From contig JAMWBK010000013.1 in assembly GCA_029953675.1 (NCBI GenBank), positions 558,001-622,000 of the forward strand: DNA of 64,000 nt. Reading direction: 5' to 3'. The position numbers were made by a program, and so were the translations under genes. The stretch comes from Rhodosorus marinus CCMP1338. Its lineage: Eukaryota > Plantae > Rhodophyta. Of this stretch, positions 37,466 through 49,239 are shown piece after piece (position 1 is the stretch's first letter; each line of letters begins with the position of its first letter). Under the pieces are notes generated by a model that worked only from the letters and a program-made list of their open reading frames with translations, made no database searches and had not been told where the DNA came from.

Positions 37466-37774
37466 CCTCTGCAAACCCACAACAGTGCAAAACCACTTCT
37501 CACTTTAAGCAACCAGATTCCTCACCCTTCTTCCCCTTTCTTATTGACCAAAACACCGTTTCTCACCCCTTCAATGGCAGACCTCGGCAACACCATGAAT
37601 TCAGCAAACTGGTTTTTCGTCCCATTCCTCAACTCATCGAACCGAAATCTTCCAACGGGCCTTCTCGACCGCCATACTACCTATATATATAAAAACTAGA
37701 GATGCATTCAACTGGTCAAACTAGTTCATCCCCAACAGTTTCGCCCTACAAGTTGACATCCTAGCCAAACCTTA

Positions 37775-37797
37775 TACACACACACACACACACACAC
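37775..37797. repeat. (CA)n microsatellite within a C/A-rich island upstream of PLC
   Basis: atacacacacacacacacacacaccc. Confidence 0.85.
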
Positions 37798-38899
37798 CCG
37801 CTACAGACACCCTCGAAAAACTTGGCAATAGCCAACCATGAGCAGTACCCGTTGGATATCAATCCACACTGCTCCGATTCTAACAGTATCTCCAATCTCA
37901 CAACAAACCTTTTTCCAAAGAAACGATGACGATATATGCAACAAACACGAAGCAGGTGATGCTTAAAGCTATTCGCCGATCCTGGAGAACCACGGTACCG
38001 ATAGGAAATTTGCTTTTCAACCCCGAAAATAGTTTTTTTCTTATAGTACGATTTACAAGCCGAATATAGTTTGAATTTAACTGTCACAGAGTGGGCGAGA
38101 ACCATAAGTCGCGCTTACAGTTGGTTGGGACAGGCTGTTCGTTGTTCTGCGCCCACATTTTCTGCCGGTTGGAGGACCAGCTGTGGCGACCTGGGCTACC
38201 GACTTTGCGAGTGGGTTCTGGACGTAGGGGTGTCGTGTATTTCGCAGTGTCGGTAAGTGAATGATGCTGCATCGTAGATGAGGGTTCAAGGGAAAGATCC
38301 AGACTGCCAACAATGTCGGCTCCCTTGATCTAGCCAGCTCTTCCGAATAGCGAGCTGTGTGAGCCAACATTGCGGTTTGCTTGTCTGGCATCTTGCGCGA
38401 GCTCTTGATGCTGCCGCGAATTGATCGGATGGCAAGTTTCACTAAGAAACTGTGAAAACGTCACCGTGTGCATCGAAGGACCATCTCCGGCAGGTGATGG
38501 AGTATGAATTCCTTCTTCAGATGAGTTTCAGTAGCGAAAGAGATGAAAATACGGGGGCTTTGTCTTCCCCAGGCATTCGTGCTTCGGCTCTAGCTCATCA
38601 GGCTATGTTTAGTAAAACCGCCATGTTAGTAAAACCACCACTCATTAGGCTTTCAGTTTCGACGGGCGCCTGTAGCAAGGAGCCGTCTCTCGCAACGGTT
38701 GTAGGTTAACAGTTTCTCATTCAGATCGGTAGGTTTCTCTTCACGGGGCCTGTTCAGTAACGGAATGCATCGATAATTCTTCTGTAGGTCCCCTACAAAC
38801 ACACCTGCCCATCCAGAATCCTCATTGGGGAACCGGTTCCCTGCTCTGCACTGCACTGGTTGGTTGCCCTTTCAAAACCGGAAAATGTTCAATTCTTGG

Positions 38900-40020
38900 A
38901 GATATTTTTTAAACCAATAAATGTCCACTATTCCGCTCCATACTCGACGCAAGCCAATAAAGACAAGCTTACATGAAATTCAGGCCAATAGAATATCAAG
39001 ATATGCTTACATGATATCCAGGCCAATAGCATATCAATACCTCGATAATTCTTCAAAAATATCCAGTTTAATTGTGGACACCTTTCGAAATTATAGCCAA
39101 TTAATATCCGCGATCTCTACCGCGATCTATGGAAAATTAATTTATTTTCATTATTCAATTTTATTTCCTGCCATTCTCTGAAAGCAAATTCAATCTGAAA
39201 CTTCAGTCCGCTTCTGTTGATATCAAAGCCTCTGAAAACAATGACCCCCTATTCGAATTCGACCAATCCAGACAGCACCAATGTAGAAATCCCGAGTTTA
39301 CCCCTAAGCAAATGTGAGCGTCAAAAGAGTCAATCGAATATTCCATGGGTGCGAATTCCCACTAAAACCTCAAAAATACCTATAAATTTATTCAGCAGAC
39401 GAATCCTATTTTTTTTACAGTCAGGTATCTATACCCTCGAATCCCTGAAGTTCCATCGAATATCCCTGACAGTATATCACCCACCGTCTCTACAATAGCT
39501 CAACGAGCAACAAAAAGAAATATAGCTTAGGGGGGGGGGGGTATATTCGCGCTGGAGTCATCAAAGTATCAACCACGCCAAAACAAATACAATATATCAA
39601 AAGGGGTGGAAAACTTAATTGAAAAACATATACTGACGTCTGTTTTGAGGTTTTGAGGGGGTTTTAGACATAGCAGCCCGGCAGCTGTTGCCATTAACTG
39701 CTGCTGGTGATGGCGGCTGGCTGGGTTGGGGGTGTCAACTGTTTTTGGGGAAGGAAAATGTGCCTGTTTTTTGGACTTTTTGGTTTGAGTATATATAGAA
39801 ACGAGTTTTTAGGGGGATTGTTGTGAGGGGAACTTTTAAGGTTGGGAGGGTGGGGAAGGTGTGTGGATGATTTGGGGTTGGTAGGGAGGCTTCTGAATAG
39901 GTATGTAGGAAGATTTGTTGGTGAGGGAGAATTTGGGAAGTGGTTTGGGTTTTGGTGGTTATCGTTGTGTTGTGAGGAGGGTTGTTTGATTCTCTTTGTG
40001 TTTTGTTGTTAGCTGTGTTG
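38900..40020. other. Low-complexity skew-switch island upstream of the choline kinase gene
   Basis: A/C/T-rich at 38900-39600, then strongly G/T-rich and C-poor at 39640-40020. Confidence 0.75.
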
Positions 40021-40027
40021 GTACAAT

Positions 40028-41071
40028 ATGGGAACTGCAGCTGAAATAAATGCGATCAGTGCAAGGGAAAGCTTGTCCACTCTGAGTGAGGATTTGTTTC
40101 CTGGAAAGTGGAGAGCAGAGGATGCTATCAAGGTTTGTAGAAAAAATGTTGAGGGGTGGAGGGGGATTCCGAAGGAAACCTTCATCTTGGAGACCATTAG
40201 TGGAGGTATGACGAATCATTTGTACCGATGTTCGACAACGTATCCAGGGGTTCCCCAATCTTCTGTTTTGCTACGCATTTTTGGACAGGGGACGTCCATA
40301 TGTCGGACCAAGGACAACTTGATTTTTAAGGCAATGTCAGAAGCGGGATTGGGCCCCAAGCTTCATGCAACCTTCGAACACGGAAGGATAGAGGAGTTCC
40401 TCGATGATTCGAGGCCGCTCACAAATGACGAAATGAAGCTGCCCGTCTATGCAGCGCAGATTGCGAAAAGCCTTGCAATGGTGCACGAGCTTCAAATACC
40501 GATACCGCAAGGTGAACCTCAGTTGCTGCAGGACCTGAAGCAAGTAATTGCGAATCTCGATGCCAATGCACGTGCTCTGCTTCCACATACTCCCGAGCAC
40601 TACATGGAGCACCTGAAGAAGATCCTCGCCAGCGCGGATTCGCCCATTGTATTCTGCCACAATGATCTGCAGGAAGGGAACATCATGGTGAACCATAAGC
40701 GCGGTGACATAACGTTGATAGACTTCGAGTACGGAGGGTATAACTACGCTATGTTTGATATCGGAAATCATTTTGCAGAATATGCTTTTGCATACAATGA
40801 CCTGCCAGCAGGTGACCTTGGATTTGAGCTGCGAAAGGATGCTTATCCGTCAAAAAAGCAAATGGTGGAGTTCCTCGGAGAATATAACTCGGTTCTTCAG
40901 AATGGAACTGAGCCGGAGGACATGATCGAGACTGTACTGCGGTTTATGTTGGCCAGTCATTTGTACTGGGGCCTCTGGTCTGCGGGAATGGGCAGCCGAG
41001 GCGAGGGCTATGTGGCATACATGAACACCCGCTTAAGCGAGTTCGAGCGAATGTCGGAAGGCTTGCTCTAG
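40028..41071 (+). CDS. Choline/ethanolamine kinase, single exon
   Basis: ISGGMTNHLY, VLLRIFG, GLGPKL, GRIEEF, Brenner motif CHNDLQEGNI, IDFEYGGYNYAMFDIGNHFAEY, SHLYWGLWS. Confidence 0.95.
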   Translation: MGTAAEINAISARESLSTLSEDLFPGKWRAEDAIKVCRKNVEGWRGIPKETFILETISGGMTNHLYRCSTTYPGVPQSSVLLRIFGQGTSICRTKDNLIFKAMSEAGLGPKLHATFEHGRIEEFLDDSRPLTNDEMKLPVYAAQIAKSLAMVHELQIPIPQGEPQLLQDLKQVIANLDANARALLPHTPEHYMEHLKKILASADSPIVFCHNDLQEGNIMVNHKRGDITLIDFEYGGYNYAMFDIGNHFAEYAFAYNDLPAGDLGFELRKDAYPSKKQMVEFLGEYNSVLQNGTEPEDMIETVLRFMLASHLYWGLWSAGMGSRGEGYVAYMNTRLSEFERMSEGLL

Positions 41072-41445
41072 GAACAGGTTTTGCCGACGAGGAATGAGTA
41101 GGATAATTTAGGGGCGTGTGTAACACACTGCCATTGAGTACTTGTACAAAAGCATTAAATCAAAGTTATTGAGATCTAAACTCGCTTCAATCACTGGCTC
41201 GCGCTTCGCCGGCCGCATCTATCGGTCCTTCCGGCCCCGAACGAAATTCGAGCTCATGTACCAGGGGTGGAGCGATCCGCGACTTTTGCCTTCGATCGTG
41301 TGATTGCATAGCCGAGCATGGCCTTGGCCTAGTAGGCCTCCGGGATGGCTTCTCTTTGTGGGGCAATCACGATCTACTAGGTCAACGCACGATCCCCCGC
41401 TGAAACGGCAGAACTAAGGGTAACAATTCGTGTATCTTGTACAAT

Positions 41446-44400
41446 CTATCTCGCTGTCGGAGCGTCCGGTTGCGTGATAGTTTCAGCCGGTTCAGTGGGA
41501 GGCGGTGAGGCCGAAACTGGTGCCCCTGGCTGTGTATCCAGATCCTCCTGGCGCGGGGCTGTAGTATCCTGCTCATCCTGCTGGGGCGCCCTCGGTTCGT
41601 CTCTCTCCATTGCACTGAAGGCTGCCACACCTGCTGGTGGAGGAAACTTGAAGTCGGGCCCGAAATTAATTCTCACATGCGATTCCTTGTACAGTGAAAG
41701 CGTCGGATAGTATCGGTTCGCCGGCAATCCTGCTCCATTGTCATGAGAAGAGCGCAGTCATATCTCATCAAAACCTAAGATAACCAAAACTGGAAAAGCA
41801 ACCACTGGAAGTAGTCGGAATATCCACGAACGTACCTTTCTGCGCAATACCCCAAGACTCGCCGTTCTTGAAAAACTCGAGGAAAGCGCCATCCAGAAAG
41901 ACGTCGACGTCCCCAGGCGCCTTGCCGTGCCGAAGATCAAGCAGGCGATGCTCTACATGAGCCAGTTCCTGCTTGTGAATCTTTTCCTCCAACTCCTCCG
42001 AGATCTTCGGAAGGCTAATCCTACATCCGATGACATCTCCAGCTCCAAACCGTTTTCCGTAAGGTTCTCCACGGGCCTGGTGGAAGAGGTCGCCAGTGAC
42101 ATCTCGTACAGACCAGCTGTGTTTATCGGAACCCGCAGGAGCCTCAAGTTCCAACCTCCTAGTGCTCACTCCAATCCTGGCGTTCCCAGCGCTGTGAGGA
42201 GGTAGTATCTCTACCTCATAGTACCAGTCGCCGGACATGCAACCGTATAGAGCTCTTACAGATCGATAGCCTTTGTATCCTCTCGCTGTTAATCCGTCTT
42301 GGTCCACGAACAGTAGCTTGGCCTTGTCCCCTCGGGAAAGGCGAAGAGGTCCGCACGCTTGTCTTCGGAGATCGATGTGAATGATCTTTCTGTACAGCTT
42401 CCTCCATTCCTTCGAATCCGAATACCCAGCATTTGCCGCCGCCAGAGACATTTCCTGGTTTTCAACCCTCGCGCTCTTCTCCGCATTGCCTTTGGTCTTA
42501 CTGTCGTCCACTTCAGTTCTGCTATCATCGGCACCAGAATCAGATTTTTTCTCCGAGCCCTACCACCCCGAAAACCGCAGACCAACACACACGAACACTG
42601 GTGTTAAGGGTTGCCTTGACCACCGAACGAGTTTTAAACCTTGCAACTCACCGAAACCTGCTTCTCCGCCTTCTTTTTGGCCTTTTTCGAATCCACTCCC
42701 TCAGCAGCATCCAATTCTCCAGGAGTTGCAGCCTAGAACAACAGTGCAAGCAAACAAGGTCGCTTAGCATATCATGCACATCCGGACTCGTCAAACCATA
42801 AGTTGTTGAAATGGACGAAAAGAGCTTACTCTCTTCTTGCCTTTCTTTCCTTCTACTTCATCGCCTTTCTCGTCTCCAGAGGATGCCTGCAAGTACGAAC
42901 CCACCCGTAACAGTGGAAACGAATAGTGAAGAACGAGCGCAATACCAAAGTTAGCTGGCATATGGGGAAGAATCAGACCACAGATTTTCAAGTCTTCCGA
43001 GGCCGGCCTAGTACCCTACTAGTCGACTAGCAGACCAGAGCAAGCTGGAGTGCTAAGAGGAAAAGTATTTTTTGGCCTATCTCGTGAAACTTAAAATGTC
43101 CTGCATATCCCGGAATTGATTCTCCAGCGCTACTCACCTTCTTCTTCGTTTTCTTCGTATCAATGGACTGGCCCTTATGGGACGACGATGCGTGGTTCTC
43201 CGCACTAGATGAAGACTTCTCCAACCGTACAGGCAAAGATGATGACGATAGAGTGGTTAGCCAACCCCAGTTCGGGTGAGTCTTCCATGCCGGCCACAAT
43301 CGCTGAGGCTTGTCCGCCTGCTCCTCACCTTCTTCTTCGGTTTCTTCGTATCTGGGGACTGTCCTCTATCCGATGATGAGGCGTTGTTCTCAACACCGGA
43401 CGGTGGCTGTGCCACAAACAGAATCAATTCCATGAAAAATTGTTCAGCGTCTTCTTTCCTGTTCGGTTACGGAGCCAAAAATGGGACGCGAATTTACCTT
43501 TCTCCCGGACTTCTTCTTGGGATGACTGTCTTCAGACTTCGAGGAGCTCACGGTATTCTTCTGGGCAACGATCAACAAGAGGAAGTGGGTGGGTTAGGAC
43601 ACGATCGATAGAACACCGATCCATATCAAACAGCGTTTTGGCTTACTTTCTTAGGGGCGCTCTTTGTCTGTGGTGAATGATCTTTGTCAAGGGAGGAGCT
43701 CCGAATTGACGATGAGTTGTCCCTCTTGATCGTCGATGTGGCCTAGAAGGAAAGTCCGGCACAATCTAAGTCTTGGATTGAAAGCTGAAGAGCATTTCCC
43801 AGGTCGGGCAAAATGAAGCCAATACCTTCTTCTTCTTCTGCTTCGGTTCTGGTTTTGCTTCTGGCGCAGGCGCTTGCTCTTCTGTTCCTACATCGTTCTC
43901 CTTCTTGACATCCGTCTTGGGAGTTGCCATGATGGCGGATTCTACGTTCTCCTGCAAAGCAAAGTAGAATGGTTTGTCATTCATTGACGATGCAACATGG
44001 TATCATAGGCCAACCACGACAGGAGAAAATACGGTCTGGAGATTCCAATCGAACCGCGTGTTCTCACCTTATCCTTGAGACTTGGGACAGGCTGTTTCTG
44101 ATTTTGAGGTGCGGTAGTCGTCTTGTCTTCCACGCGATGGTCATTGTCAGCTGATCTCTTCGACGGGCTCCGTGGCTGGTATAGTGTCCTGTCACCAGAC
44201 TCAGCAACGGTATCGCCTACCTCTCCCAAAGCTGTCGAAACCATGTTCTCAACTGACTTATTCACATCATCATCTTGTAGCTTCTCAAGCAGTCCAAACC
44301 TCTCTCGCTCAGAATCCGCCAATCGCAAAATCTCCCCTGTACATTCCTCAACGGTAAACCCCTTCCGATCTCTATTCAGCTCCTCAAGTCTCGAAAGTAC

Positions 44401-44484
44401 AAAACGTACTGCTTCATTCCATTTTAAACCATTCTCAGTCATCATCCGATCTCTTTCCAAACACTCACAATCCTCAGAGGCCAC
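41446..44484 (-). CDS. ASH2L: COMPASS subunit ASH2L/Bre2/TRAUCO-like: winged-helix-like N-terminus, multi-exon linker, SPRY domain
   Basis: SPRY: KGYRSVRA.YG...GDWYYEVEI, ARIG, APAGSDKHSWS.RD..G..FHQARG..Y...F..GDVIG, FFKNG, YYPTLSLY...VRINFGPDF. The N-terminal LKWNEAVRFVL..L resembles the ASH2L winged helix. These are joined through seven short phase-0 exons read manually. Confidence 0.85.
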
Positions 44485-45554
44485 AATCCAGAACCGCGTC
44501 CTCTCCGAATGCCAAACCGAAAGAGTAAGATCAGCGCCAAAGCGAATGCTCCTTCAGCCTTGTTCCTATTCTTGTCTATTCCTGTCAATGGAAAACGAAA
44601 TTACCTAGCCGGTCACTTCGGCTCTAGTGAGCCTCTTCTACTTTCCACTTTGCCAAGACTAAGATCAGAACCTAACCATCACAAGCTCTCTGGTCATCCG
44701 AAATGCCTTCGTCTTCATCAAAGGGACGATGGGAAAGACACTTCAGCGTCGTAGGCACGGCAGGTTGCTTTATGTATTCGATGGTAGAGCGACCGCTCTT
44801 GGGATCTAGTCCATGTCAAAAAGCTTCACATCGATGACCTCATACTAGAGCAAGTTAGCATGGACGATGCTCTGAAGCAGTATCCTCGCCAGCGTTAGCT
44901 CTTCCGAGTCTTTTTTGGACCATAGGGGGAGGGAAGGCATGTCGTCTAAAAAGATGTGTGGATGCTGGAGGGTTGGTTGACCTCGGGCATACTAGAATTC
45001 TGAGATTTGGCGCTGATCTGCATGTTCTTGGAACACCACAAAGGCCCTGATCCTCTCTGCGTGTGGTTTATGGATTTCTTGTCCCCACTTCGAGTGCGCC
45101 ATGTAGAGCTAGTGGTCGGCAAACTCTGCCGTTTGTAAGAAGCAGATGTCACCCCTGAACGCACGCTCTAGGTGCTGCTGATGATGACCGAAGGATAAGC
45201 AAAGGTGTAAAACTTCAAACCTCCTGCGGGCGCTCGAATCAAAAGGGAAAAGCACATCCCGAACACGATACCTCTTTGCCCAGACTTATGCGCTTTCTCG
45301 CGACCGGCATTGCATAATTTAATAAAGTTGATGTCTGCAGCTGAGTGAGGCACCTCGCATCGTAGGCACATGCTACGTTAGACTGCACTACAGGCTGAAA
45401 GGCAGGGTTATGCAAACGTCCGTGACCTGAGGTCTAAAAAACTGCCGAGCAGCTTTGCAACAACCCTGGCTTTGTCTGAGAGACAGCGGGAAGCGCTTGG
45501 ACCGGAACATGGATGGAGGAAATCTTGGCGCACCAACCAGCAGAAGGAGTTGGA

Positions 45555-46889
45555 CTATCCAAACTCAGCGAGAAGAGCTGCACCGACACAAGCATCGGTA
45601 CTGTCACCGATTCGAACTGGAACGCCCAGTTTTCGCTCTCTGAGCTTTGAGTAGGTTGGATTGTACGCACCGCCACCAGCTGAATATACAACGGTTGGAT
45701 ACGGTGCTCCAAACGCCTCGAGCAAGCTAAACCCCCTCCGTTCTACTTCGGCGATAGAGTCTAAGAGCGCACGGAGGTATTCAACGTCTGAAGACCCGCC
45801 CCTATCCAGTGCCGGTGTCAAGTTCGGATCGTTTATGGGGAACCTCTCGCCGCGTGATCCGGGAGGAAGAGGATACAGTTTCAGATCCTTTGAGGGTGGT
45901 TTGTCCAAGTCCATTTCGTCTGAAAGGGATGTAATGTCAGCCCTTGAAAAGCCCAACTCCTTCAGTGTCCTGCCCCCAACATTGGACGCACCACCGACAA
46001 GCCACAAAGGGCTACCATCCTCGGAACTGATGAAATACCGATGGGAATAGATCCCAAACTTTGAGTCGTCCACCCGGACGTCGGAGAGGAGCTTTAAAGC
46101 AAGGCTCGATCCAAGACTAGTGCAACTCTCTCGGAGCTTGGTAGCACCGGAGGCGATAAAGGCGGCAATAGAGTCCGTCGTGCCTGCGACAACCAGACAG
46201 CCATCTGCAAATCCCCAGGTCGGATCGGCGTTTCCGACAACCTCCCCTGGTCTTTTGACATCCATGAAAGCACTGAGTGGTACGAGCGAGGCTAACCACT
46301 CAGGCCAGACCTCTTGCTCCGGGTCGAACCCCATCTTCAGAGCATTGTTCCAATCCGACATCCGATGTTGACTACCCAGCAGGAGTCGCGTGACGAAGTC
46401 TGCCTGGTGTTCAAAGTCAGCAGTTGCACCCCAACCTACGATTTTCGCCAGGGATGATGTGGCGGAAGCCACAGTATGGCCGGGCGGCGTGACCTGCCGA
46501 ATTTTCTCGACAACTTCCTCTGGTTCTGCATGGTTGTACATCTTCACGGCGCCATCATATATTACTGACGCAGATGTACCATCTACAGCAACCCTTCGAA
46601 TTCCAGTCCTCAGCTCTGGCGGAAATTCATCCAGAAGATCACGCAACGCATGGGTCCACGATTCTGCACCATCAACTCCTCGCAGATTCACCTGCCTCAC
46701 AATCGGCTTTAAGGGACGCGCCCCAATCTCCAGCACAGCTCCACGAACTCCAGAAGTTCCATAGTCAATTCCCAACGCGTATGATCTGCCAACTCCGCTG
46801 CCGGTCATACTACAGGACAGAACAAACGCCGAGGTCTCATTCATACCCAGCCCAGAGCCAGCACTTACAAAGCTGTGAATGGTTTGCAC
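45555..46889 (-). CDS. FGGY-family sugar kinase, D-ribulose/xylulose kinase-like (plant plastid XK1 type)
   Basis: LGIDYGTSG, HQADF, SDWNNALKMGFD, GTTDSIAAF, SLGSSLALK, YSHR, GGASNVGG, GERFP, AGGGA. The N-terminus and start codon are uncertain (possible intron near 46830-46868). Confidence 0.9.
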   Translation of the reverse strand: MQTIHSFVSAGSGLGMNETSAFVLSCSMTGSGVGRSYALGIDYGTSGVRGAVLEIGARPLKPIVRQVNLRGVDGAESWTHALRDLLDEFPPELRTGIRRVAVDGTSASVIYDGAVKMYNHAEPEEVVEKIRQVTPPGHTVASATSSLAKIVGWGATADFEHQADFVTRLLLGSQHRMSDWNNALKMGFDPEQEVWPEWLASLVPLSAFMDVKRPGEVVGNADPTWGFADGCLVVAGTTDSIAAFIASGATKLRESCTSLGSSLALKLLSDVRVDDSKFGIYSHRYFISSEDGSPLWLVGGASNVGGRTLKELGFSRADITSLSDEMDLDKPPSKDLKLYPLPPGSRGERFPINDPNLTPALDRGGSSDVEYLRALLDSIAEVERRGFSLLEAFGAPYPTVVYSAGGGAYNPTYSKLRERKLGVPVRIGDSTDACVGAALLAEFG

Positions 46890-47650
46890 TCGTTCTCAAC
46901 CCAAGGTTGGATCCGCGACTTCTCCACTTAGAAAGACGCTGGTAAACCGAGATCGTGGATAAGATCCCAGCAATAGATACTGAGCTCCTTACATACAACT
47001 TTTAACATCGAGTGGGATGCGATGTGAGTACTTTGGTATCGAAGACGCTTACACATAGTGCAGTCGCGAGAGTGCGATCATACCGGCACCTAGTAGGCTA
47101 CTCATGGCAAAAATATGACATAGTTTTGTCCAACCTCCAGCTTCCGAGAACGCGATGAAGCGGGTTCCCAACCGGACTCGGGTAGTCGAAACTCGTCACT
47201 ACTCATGCAAGAAGATGGGGGATCTGAATGACTGGTTGGATTTTGAGGTCATCTGCTCATAAGGGAGGTCGAATTCTGATCGAAGCCTGGACTGGCCTGA
47301 GCTGACAATCGTCGCGGCTAGTGCACTGCTGGTTTCTTAAGGACGGCGGTGCAGGTACGGCGAAGCTTTATCCTATCCAAAATGGGTTTTCTTTCAATTG
47401 ATCATTTTCTCCAAACACATATCCAAGTTAATCGTCACGGCATCTTCAAACCATTCGCGGGCGGCGTGGACGGACAAACCGCAGGCGGCGGCACATGAAA
47501 CAGCTCAGACGCGGATCTCGACTCGTGCATAGCGTAAGAATTTGAAATTTCTGCTTGTAGCATGCGTTCGTATCCGAGACGGAATTGGTGAGATCTCGTT
47601 TCGGCGTTGGGCCGCCTCCGGACGCCAGCTTGTCCTGGCGGGTTGTCGAC

Positions 47651-49229
47651 CTATGTAGGTGTTGGTACACCTCCCCCGTTTTCCCTGGTGCTCTGGGTTC
47701 CTGGAGCCCCACCTGCGGCACTGACATCTTCTGGTAGCCCTTCAGTCGTGTTTCGCGGCTAGTTCGCAGGAAGCAACAATAGCACCAATGCTTAGCTGAC
47801 CAAAGACGAGACTGGATGTGCGAAGACGCTGTTCGCACGGACGGAAAACGATGATTTTGCGTACCCTTCGACCAACGTTCTTGCGAGATCGTCTACGAGT
47901 GTACGGTTTCTGATCCTTCAAAGCAAAGATTTGCGAATTAAGCACAGTGTGAGCAACTCTGCTTGCCACAGGAATGCTAAGTCGCATACGGCCTTCATGC
48001 TCACCGATGAACACCGATGGCAAACGTAGCGACTCAAAGCCATACAACCGGCTCTAACCTTGCGCTGGTCTACTTCCTACCTTCGTGTCTCTTTCCTCGT
48101 CACCGTTTACGTTTGCGTTCTCCTCCACCGCATCTCCTACATTGGCATTGTACACATCCTCACCAGGCTGGTCGTCTCGCCTGGGTCTACCGGTCGATTT
48201 TCTGGAGCCTCGTCTGCCGCGACCTTAGGGGGGTAAACAGCGAAACGAGGTGATCGCACAAGTCAGGTCTTAAGTGGCTGAGCAAATTGCCACTAGACGC
48301 CTTGGGGTGCTTTTGAAAGTACAGCACATCCGTTAAGCAAGAACATGTGGTGTCCAGAGCAAAACAGTCGCGCTTATCGGTGGAAAAGGAAAGATACTCT
48401 TACCTCGCGGGCCGCCTGAAGAGGGCCGCTTGTACGGAGCATCCATAGCCTCAATCAACAGCTGAACTTTCTCCTCTGCTCACGATGTTAACAATTGGAC
48501 GATTCGGCAGGGGCAAGAGAAAGTCCGGTTAGCAATTCCAATGCAAAGGCAAGCTCATCACCAAACGCTGAAACGTTAAGCCTTACCGCTTTCCCTCTCA
48601 ATTGGAGGTTGGTACCCAGCAGCATTCTCATTCAACTGCTTTTTCGACAGATGGACCGAAATTGAAGACACGTTTCGAACCGTCTCAATCGGATCAAGCC
48701 CTTCCTCCAGGGGCTCCCATCTGTCCTTGATCTCGACAGATCCTAACTCAGTCACCTTGTTTGGATGTCGAAAGTAGAAAGTGAAATCAGCGGAAAATTA
48801 ACGTGATACCGTCCTCGCGACGTCCCCGTACGGCGTGCATCCCACCATGTGGGCCTCAGCCACTTGATAGGCAAACTAATCCTACCTGATGCAGACCCGA
48901 AACGTTTCGTCTGAGCAGCTCGCTAACAGTAAGGGCTTTCCCAATAGCGTTTCCCAAGCCTAGAAGAACAACTCCATCTTCGTTCGTCTCCTGGGGTAAA
49001 AGAGAAAACGTCGTGATTCCAGCGCATCAGCACATACCTTGCTGTACCAACATGATCCCAGGCTAATATAACAAGATCTACAGAAGAAAGTGCCGTCACC
49101 TACATCCTCTAGGATTTTAGTAGCATACGAGACGTAAGCTCTGATTCGACCAGTCGCTGTAACACGAATCTGGTTTGCAGGTGATTCCCCAACCTCCTCG
49201 TCCTTCTCAACTCTTCTATACTTCTCCAT
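47651..49229 (-). CDS. Alba/Rpp25-like nucleic-acid-binding protein with basic RG-rich tail, about 7 exons
   Basis: MEKYRRVEK...NQIRVT..GRIRAYVSYA, LGNAIGKALTVSELLRR...GLHQ, DRWEPLEEGLDPIETVRNVSSI.V.LSKK.L.....GYQPP, then GRGRRGSRK. The last exon is uncertain. Confidence 0.85.
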
Positions 49230-49239
49230 GGAAAACAGC

